From a plasmid, in sequence record NZ_CP124639.1: a stretch of 36,824 bases of DNA, one strand, 5' to 3'. Of this stretch, positions 31,701-36,824 are shown one piece after another. The notes under the pieces are model-generated. The model was given only the letters and a program-made list of their open reading frames with translations. It ran no database searches and had not been told where the DNA came from. The translations under genes were made by a program, and so were the position numbers. Numbering within the stretch: the stretch's first letter is position 1; each line of letters opens with the position of its first letter.

Positions 31701-33728
31701 ATGACGACATTGGTAATCGTGGAATCCGTCAAGAAGGTAGAGAAGATCGGGCCAATGCTGGGCAACGGCTACAAAGTCATGGCGAGCGTCGGCCACGTCC
31801 GCGACCTGCCGCAGAAAGAGATCGGCATCGAGCTGCCATCGTATGCGCTGACCTACGAGCCTACCGACCGAGGCAAAAGCATCGTGGCCAAACTCAGGGC
31901 CGCAGCCGCCGAGTCCGACCGCGTTATCTTGGCCACCGACCCCGACCGGGAAGGTGAGGCCATCGCGTGGCATCTGGCGGAAATGCTGCGCCTCAAGAAC
32001 CCGGAGCGGGTGACGTTCACCGCTATCACGAAAGACAAAATTCTTGCGGCCTTCGCGTCACCCCGGCCGCTGGACATGCAGCGCGTCTACGCGCAGGAGG
32101 CCCGCCGGGCGCTCGACCGCATGATTGGCTATCGCGTCAGTCCTGCACTGTCGGATGCCACCGGGCAACGTCTTGGCGCTGGCCGGGTACAGTCTGCGGG
32201 CGTCCGCCTTGTGGTGGAGCGCGAGCGGGCTATTGCTGCCTTCAAATCGACCCAGCACTACGGGGCCGAGCTGGTCTTTAACAACGACGACGCGACGAGC
32301 TGGAAAGCGCAATGGGACACGAAACCGCACTTGGCGGATGGTGAAACGTACCTGCTCGATGCCGAGCTGGCCAAGCAGGCCGCAGCAGTCCGAAACGTAG
32401 TCGTCACCGACTACGAGGACAGCGAGAAGGGCAAGGCCCCGGCCGCGCCGTTCACGACCTCGACCATGCAGCTTGCCGCCGGTCAGCGACTGAAATTCAA
32501 GCCCAAGCGCACGATGGAACTGGCGCAAAAGCTGTACGAGCAAGGGGCGATCACCTATCACCGCACCGACTCCCCGAACATGGACGAGGAAGGTATTGCC
32601 GACATTGCCGCTTACGCTGCCGGTGCTGGTCTGCCAATGGCCGACAAGCCGCGAAAATGGAAGGCCAAAGACAACGCGCAAGAAGGGCACGAAGCCATCC
32701 GCCCGACACACGTTGCTGATTTGGATTGCGGCGAAGACGACGACGAAAAGGCCCTGTATCGCCTCATCTGGCAACGTGCCGTCGCCTCCCAGCTCGCCGA
32801 TGCCATGTACGCTGTCCGCACCGTTCGGCTCGCTGGCGATGCCGCAGGCACGCCCGTTTCGTTTAAGGCAACCGGGCGCACCCTGTTGTCGCCCGGCTGG
32901 CAGGCCGTCTACGCGGAAGACGCGAAGGACGAGAACGACGAACCGGACGAAGAAAGCAACAACCCGATTCCGGCCCTCGCGGTAGACGCCGCACTGGTAG
33001 CTGATGATGGCCGCGTGCTGACCAAGAAGACCAAGCCGCCGGTTCGCTTCAAGCAACCGACCCTTGTAATGGAAATGGAGCGGCTGGGGATCGGGCGACC
33101 GAGCACCTACGCGGCGATCATGGAGAACATCACCGCCCGCGAGTACATCATTGCGGACAAAAAAGAGTACCTGTCGCCTACGCCGGTCGGCGAACTTGTC
33201 TGCGATGGTTTGGTGGATCGCTTCCGCTTTATCGACCTCGACTACACCCGAGGCCTTGAGGAACAACTCGACCAGATCGCGGAAGGCAAGACCGACTACC
33301 TCAGCGTCGTCTCGGCGGCTTGGGCCGCACTCGATGACGAGCTGGGCAAGCTGGACTCGGCCGACCTGCCCGTGGCGCACCCGTGCCCGACGTGCAGCAA
33401 GCCGCTGCGCCGGATCAAGGGCCAACACGGGTTCTTTTGGGCCTGCTCAGACCGGGAATGCAAGACCACCTTGCCGGATGCCAAAGGCAAGCCCGGCGAG
33501 CGCAAGGCTCCACCACCGCCGACCGGCATTGCGTGCCCGAAATGCGGTAAGGAGCTGGCCCACCGCGTCGGTACGAGCAAGCCGGTCAAGCGTGGGATGA
33601 AGCCCCGTCCGTATGACTTCTATAGCTGCACCGGCTTCCCGAAATGCGATGCGAAGTACAACACCGGGCCGGATGGCAAGCCAGTGTTCGGCGATGACGC
33701 GAAACCTGCGCAGGAGGTTGAGGCATGA
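31701..33728 (+). CDS. topB: Type IA DNA topoisomerase (topoisomerase III, TraE-like)
   Basis: Toprim N-terminus MTTLVIVESVKK…ATDPDREGEAIAWH. Catalytic region …ITYHRTDS…. C-terminal zinc ribbons CPTCSK…CSDREC and CPKCGK…CTGFPKC. Confidence 0.9.
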   Translation: MTTLVIVESVKKVEKIGPMLGNGYKVMASVGHVRDLPQKEIGIELPSYALTYEPTDRGKSIVAKLRAAAAESDRVILATDPDREGEAIAWHLAEMLRLKNPERVTFTAITKDKILAAFASPRPLDMQRVYAQEARRALDRMIGYRVSPALSDATGQRLGAGRVQSAGVRLVVERERAIAAFKSTQHYGAELVFNNDDATSWKAQWDTKPHLADGETYLLDAELAKQAAAVRNVVVTDYEDSEKGKAPAAPFTTSTMQLAAGQRLKFKPKRTMELAQKLYEQGAITYHRTDSPNMDEEGIADIAAYAAGAGLPMADKPRKWKAKDNAQEGHEAIRPTHVADLDCGEDDDEKALYRLIWQRAVASQLADAMYAVRTVRLAGDAAGTPVSFKATGRTLLSPGWQAVYAEDAKDENDEPDEESNNPIPALAVDAALVADDGRVLTKKTKPPVRFKQPTLVMEMERLGIGRPSTYAAIMENITAREYIIADKKEYLSPTPVGELVCDGLVDRFRFIDLDYTRGLEEQLDQIAEGKTDYLSVVSAAWAALDDELGKLDSADLPVAHPCPTCSKPLRRIKGQHGFFWACSDRECKTTLPDAKGKPGERKAPPPPTGIACPKCGKELAHRVGTSKPVKRGMKPRPYDFYSCTGFPKCDAKYNTGPDGKPVFGDDAKPAQEVEA

Positions 33729-33967
33729 CGCTGTTCAGCGAGTACACCGACGCCGAGCTGGCCGCGTTGCCCGACACCATCGAGCCGCTGACCATGCTCG
33801 AACTGCGTTCCGTTCTGCTGGCCCTTGACGGCGATAGCTTTCCGCCGCGCTCGATGTACACCAAGGGCTTGGTTAGCGCGACCGAGAAGATGGAGCGGAT
33901 GCTTGACGAAGTGCGGGCCAGACTGGTGCGCGAGCGTTACCACAGACCGGCCCCGGTCGGGGACTAA
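33725..33967 (+). CDS. Hypothetical small protein (80 aa), translationally coupled to topB (ATGA)
   Basis: Start overlaps the topB stop; acidic helical composition. Confidence 0.5.
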   Translation: MTLFSEYTDAELAALPDTIEPLTMLELRSVLLALDGDSFPPRSMYTKGLVSATEKMERMLDEVRARLVRERYHRPAPVGD

Positions 33968-34036
33968 GACCCGGCAACACAAACCAAACAGGGGCCACGC
34001 CGCAAGGCTGGCCCTTTTTCTACGGAGGATCGACCG

Positions 34037-34744
34037 ATGTTCGAGAAACTGCGCCTCAACCGCGCATGGCGTGCCGAGCTGCGCGAGCTTGACCAGAAGA
34101 AGGCCCCGGCCCATCTGCCCAAGCCCGACGACAGCAGCCCCGGCCGCCTCCTTTGGTGTCTGCCGGTGCCCGGCAAACCTGATGTTTTCATGGCTCTGGA
34201 AAAGGGCGAGCACGCCGATCACGACAGGTTCGTGGTGCCTGTCAACGCCGTGGCGTTCAACCGGCTATGGCTGGCCGGGGGCCTCAATTCGCGGGAGCGG
34301 CCGGACGGGTGTCTGCTACGCCGGGACATGCCCGCCGATAGCAAATATCGTCACGCGGCCGCCTGCTTTGCCGAGGGGCGGCTGTCGCCCGTGCCGCTGG
34401 CCAGCGTCTCGCTGGAACGCGGGCGGGACGGCACACAATCGGTCAGCTTCGGCGACGGTGTGACGCGCACGTTTTGGCTGCTGGCCAACAACGTCGCGGC
34501 GTTTCCCGTCCTGATCGCAGGCGAGGCCGCCGCCAAGCAGCTCGCCCAGCTCGCCGGGACGGACGGCAGCACCTTGCGCGTGTCCGAGGCTTTCCGACAG
34601 GTCGAAAAGGCCCCGGCCAGCCCACAGAAGCCGGTCAGCACCAAAAAGGAAGGGGTAGGGCAGGTGCAGGCGAACAATGCGCCTCAGCGGGCCGCACAGG
34701 GCCACAGGAGGCCGTCCCGAGGTGGCGGCATAGGTATCGACTGA
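34037..34744 (+). CDS. Hypothetical protein (235 aa)
   Basis: Complete ORF followed by a strong terminator; no motif recognised. Possibly a plasmid fertility-inhibition-type accessory protein, but this is unverified. Confidence 0.55.
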   Translation: MFEKLRLNRAWRAELRELDQKKAPAHLPKPDDSSPGRLLWCLPVPGKPDVFMALEKGEHADHDRFVVPVNAVAFNRLWLAGGLNSRERPDGCLLRRDMPADSKYRHAAACFAEGRLSPVPLASVSLERGRDGTQSVSFGDGVTRTFWLLANNVAAFPVLIAGEAAAKQLAQLAGTDGSTLRVSEAFRQVEKAPASPQKPVSTKKEGVGQVQANNAPQRAAQGHRRPSRGGGIGID

Positions 34745-34753
34745 CCAGACAGC

Positions 34754-34778
34754 AAAAAGCCCCATACGGGGCTTTTTT
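34754..34778. terminator. Bidirectional rho-independent terminator AAAAAGCCCC-ATAC-GGGGCTTTTTT
   Basis: Perfect 6-bp GC stem flanked by an A5 tract and a T6 tract. Separates the convergent 235-aa gene and the lower-GC cassette. Confidence 0.8.
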
Positions 34779-34800
34779 GCGGGCTGCTCATGGTCACGTT

Positions 34801-35007
34801 TTACCGGGGGAGTTGAGCGAAAATTGCAGGCAGCTCATCAAAGCTACACTCTCGGAGGTCGTAAATGATATTTCTATCGTGGATCACTTCCCGTAGTTGT
34901 CTCTCTGCATTTTCCATCGACGTGGCCGTTAAAAAGTAAACGCTGTTCATAGTGATGTCATATCGGTATTTGCCAGCTAGGCGGTATTGATAAAGTTTGT
35001 ACTCCAT
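34801..35007 (-). CDS. Small protein (68 aa), second gene of the lower-GC two-gene cassette
   Basis: The ATG at 35007 lies 5 nt after the stop of the upstream membrane-protein gene and carries a GAGG RBS. Sequence MEYKLYQYRLAGKYRYDITMNSVYFLTATSMENAERQLREVIHDRNIIYDLRECSFDELPAIFAQLPR. The 119-aa ORF-track version would overlap the upstream gene. Confidence 0.5.
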   Translation of the reverse strand: MEYKLYQYRLAGKYRYDITMNSVYFLTATSMENAERQLREVIHDRNIIYDLRECSFDELPAIFAQLPR

Positions 35008-35011
35008 CGCC

Positions 35012-35467
35012 TCAAACCTCACCGTTGTCACGTTTGGGGCGGACTTGCTTGCTGATGAATTTGTATTTTTGGCCTTGTGATGGCATTGGCCGACTGTAAC
35101 TAAGGGCATGGCGTTCTCTGTCCAACCAGTGGAATACCTCGCCAAGATCGAGCCTGCCAAGTGAACGGGTCACGTCTTGCAGTTCTGCATAGGCCTCCAC
35201 GTCTACCGGATCATAGGCCGTCAATTGGTTATCCAGTGTCTCAGCCCACGACTTCGATAGCGGCGCGAACTGGTAGACCGCGATACCCACGGCCGCCCCG
35301 ATCAGGAACGTTATATAAACTCCCCAATTGCCCGCAATGAACGCCGTTGCGATGACCACGAGAACACCACTCAAAGCGGCAGAAGCGCGAGGCGATAGTG
35401 ATGGTTGTTCCATCCGGTAGAGCGAATATTTGATGTTGTTAAGCTGTTTCCAATGTTGTTTGCTCAC
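35012..35467 (-). CDS. Membrane protein (151 aa; two TM helices plus a cytoplasmic C-terminal domain), first gene of the lower-GC cassette
   Basis: TM pair SGVLVVIATAFIAGNWGVYITFLIGAAVGIAVYQFA. Region GC about 50% versus about 63% for the backbone. Start codon is GTG per the ORF track. Confidence 0.55.
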   Translation of the reverse strand: MSKQHWKQLNNIKYSLYRMEQPSLSPRASAALSGVLVVIATAFIAGNWGVYITFLIGAAVGIAVYQFAPLSKSWAETLDNQLTAYDPVDVEAYAELQDVTRSLGRLDLGEVFHWLDRERHALSYSRPMPSQGQKYKFISKQVRPKRDNGEV

Positions 35468-35527
35468 ATCTGCTACCTCATAGCTGATTAATAGTCCCGA
35501 GGCGGGTAGATAGGGCCGTCCTCTTTG

Positions 35528-36250
35528 TCAGTTGATGGCCAGCTCGAACGGCGCAGCGTTGCAATCGTCATTGCCGCACAGCAGCTTGAGGCCCGGCTTT
35601 CCCCACGCCTGCGCACCGCAGCAGGGGCAGCGGTACTTATCCCGGTTCGATTTGTTCCCGGCCGGGGCGAGCTGGATCAGGCCCTCGTTGTCGTCGCCGT
35701 CGTCGGCGTCACCGAAGATCGCCGCGATTTCGGTTCCTGCTGGCGGGTGCCTGTCGAACCATGTAATGCGGAAATCGGTCTTTAGCAGCGCCTCAGTGGC
35801 TTGCATGAAGGGGCCGCCGTCAATCGCATAGTCGGCCATCTTCTCGCCCGTTTTCTTCCCGCCGGGCTTGCCGGTATCGGAAGGCATCAGGCCGATGGAT
35901 TCCATTTTGTCGGCCCACTCTTTGTTGTGGTAGCCGCGTCGGCCCGGCTCGCCGAAATGGAACTGCCAAGCGTGCGCCATTTCGTGAACCAGAGTTTGCA
36001 ATATTTCGAGCAGCGGCACGACACCAAAATAGGATGGATTCATGGCGATTTCGTCGGTCATGGTCTTTTCGTGCCGGTTGGCGAACCGGCGCGACGAGAA
36101 ATAGCCATAGGTGCGCTTTTCGCGCTGCATCGTGATGAGACAGTGCGGGAGCTGGCCATCGAACAGAGCGGCGTTGTAGTGCTCAAACGCTGCCTGTAGC
36201 TCGCCATAGGCCTGAATCGTCGGGCTGGCCGTGGATTTAAGAGCTTTCAC
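35528..36250 (-). CDS. SprT-like zinc metalloprotease domain protein with a C-terminal zinc ribbon
   Basis: HEMAHAWQ (HExxH) and a CPCCG…CGNDDC ribbon. Likely GTG start at 36250 after a GGAAGGGGG RBS; the ORF-track N-terminal extension to 36397 is Cys/Arg-rich junk. Confidence 0.7.
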   Translation of the reverse strand: MKALKSTASPTIQAYGELQAAFEHYNAALFDGQLPHCLITMQREKRTYGYFSSRRFANRHEKTMTDEIAMNPSYFGVVPLLEILQTLVHEMAHAWQFHFGEPGRRGYHNKEWADKMESIGLMPSDTGKPGGKKTGEKMADYAIDGGPFMQATEALLKTDFRITWFDRHPPAGTEIAAIFGDADDGDDNEGLIQLAPAGNKSNRDKYRCPCCGAQAWGKPGLKLLCGNDDCNAAPFELAIN

Positions 36251-36467
36251 TGTTTCCCCCTTCCGAGCGGGCTTTGTTGACCTGATCCACGAACCGCAGA
36301 GCGGCCGCGAAATTGAACTTGCGCACCTTGGCCTTATGGTTGCCGAGCACTTCGGGGAACGGCACGCCGTGCAGCTTCCCGCTTGACCGCATCGCATGAA
36401 CTAGCTCGCCTTCGCTGATGTTCAGCAGGTCGGCGAGCTGCCGGGTGTTGATTGAAATACCGCTCAT
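36237..36467 (-). CDS. Small HTH DNA-binding protein (AlpA/excisionase-like, 76 aa)
   Basis: MSGISINTRQLADLLNISEGELVHAM… is an HTH signature. ATGA overlap with the nuclease stop. Confidence 0.55.
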   Translation of the reverse strand: MSGISINTRQLADLLNISEGELVHAMRSSGKLHGVPFPEVLGNHKAKVRKFNFAAALRFVDQVNKARSEGGNSESS

Positions 36468-36824
36468 TTGCCCGCGCTCACCATTTGGTGCCGCCACTTC
36501 CACGGCTCCACTGCGTTCGGCGCTGACCACAGGCCGACGCGACCGCTACGGGCCTGCGTTTCGAGTTTCAGCATTGCCGGATCGACGGCTTGGCCGTGGA
36601 AACGGTAAGCCCAAGCCATACCCGTCTTGACCTGTTCAGCGTTGACATAAACGGCGCGGCAAGGGGCAGAAGGGGCGCATATCTTGGCGTAGACCGCGCC
36701 GAGCCTGCGGCCGTAGCGGTCTGTGCCCTTTATGCGCACCGCTACAGGGTTTCCATCAACCATGCCCGCCAACGACTGCCGCGACCGCTGGCCAAATGGT
36801 TGATCTTTTTCCGGGGCATCAATG
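36464..36824 (-). CDS. Thermonuclease (SNase-like), C-terminal part; N-terminal part at 245..1, the same gene wrapping the window boundary
   Basis: Minus-strand translation from 36824 gives IDAPEKDQPFGQRSRQSLAGMVDGNPVAVRIKGTDRYGRRLGAVY…NAEQVKTGMAWAYRF…GLW, the conserved SNase catalytic and C-terminal motifs, in frame with …RIRVTG from positions 3..1. Confidence 0.75.
   Translation of the reverse strand, partial: IDAPEKDQPFGQRSRQSLAGMVDGNPVAVRIKGTDRYGRRLGAVYAKICAPSAPCRAVYVNAEQVKTGMAWAYRFHGQAVDPAMLKLETQARSGRVGLWSAPNAVEPWKWRHQMVSAGK

Noticed and set aside
29952-33428. Long minus-strand ORFs (493 aa at 29952..31433; 456 aa at 32058..33428) antisense to the primase and topoisomerase genes
   Set aside because: High-GC antisense shadows. 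The plus-strand frames carry unmistakable Toprim and zinc-ribbon motifs.
34801-35160. 119-aa version of the small cassette ORF
   Set aside because: Its N-terminal 51 residues would overlap the upstream membrane-protein gene by 149 nt in another frame. The internal ATG at 35007 sits 5 nt after that gene's stop and has an RBS.
35528-36397. 289-aa version of the SprT-like ORF
   Set aside because: The N-terminal 49 residues are Cys/Arg-rich junk overlapping the HTH gene. A GTG start with a GGAAGGGGG RBS at 36250 matches SprT-family N-termini.
1-36824. Search for CRISPR arrays, tRNA/rRNA genes, IS elements, tyrosine integrase and att sites (would indicate an ICE or prophage)
   Set aside because: None seen. 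The only recombinase is a serine resolvase with no transposase. The replicon has its own iteron rep/oriV and closes on itself, consistent with a plasmid rather than an integrative element.

Overview
The window reads as a complete, circular conjugative plasmid of about 36.8 kb with high GC (about 62-65%). The evidence for circularity is a staphylococcal-nuclease-like gene on the minus strand that is cut by the window boundary: its N-terminal half runs 245..1 and its C-terminal half runs 36824..36464, and the two halves join in frame across the junction (…RIRVTG|IDAPEKDQPFG…).

The backbone resembles IncP-1 in organisation, with a Ti/Tn4371-type trb gene order. Going round the circle:
- Accessory block: thermonuclease, three hypothetical genes, a serine resolvase and a small membrane gene (1..3037).
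- Mating-pair-formation operon on the minus strand: trbB-C-D-E-J-K-L, a 101-aa membrane ORF, trbF-G-H-I and a 156-aa ORF (3269..14744).
- An XRE-family helix-turn-helix (HTH) regulator upstream of trbB and divergent from rep, placed like IncP trbA (14925..15197).
- An iteron-type replication initiator gene with 6 iterons and an AT-rich oriV (15343..16920).
- A maintenance module of about 4.3 kb bracketed by a perfect 47-bp inverted repeat built from 10-bp-periodic ATCGC/GCGAT arrays (16921..21335). It holds a 147-aa gene behind a dense TATCCGCA palindrome array, a HigB/HigA-like toxin-antitoxin pair, three small membrane/secreted ORFs, and a korA/incC-like overlapping pair (a ParA ATPase with two candidate starts plus a 127-aa out-of-frame ORF).
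- A candidate oriT followed by an IncP Tra1-like relaxosome block: MobC/TraJ-like protein, MobP relaxase, VirD4 coupling protein, TraF peptidase, a lytic transglycosylase, an ArdC-primase (TraC1-like) fusion and topoisomerase III (21400..33728).
- Two unknown genes, then a clearly lower-GC two-gene insert (35467..34801), then a SprT-like metalloprotease and a small HTH gene, back to the nuclease.

A 22-bp palindromic operator (ATGATAG-TCTATAGG-CTATCAT) recurs at four to five promoter-proximal sites and suggests one regulatory circuit linking trbB, trbF, traG and the accessory block. No rRNA, tRNA, CRISPR array, IS element or tyrosine integrase was seen.

The best candidates for something undescribed are the lower-GC membrane-protein plus 68-aa-protein cassette, and the operator and centromere-like repeat architecture.
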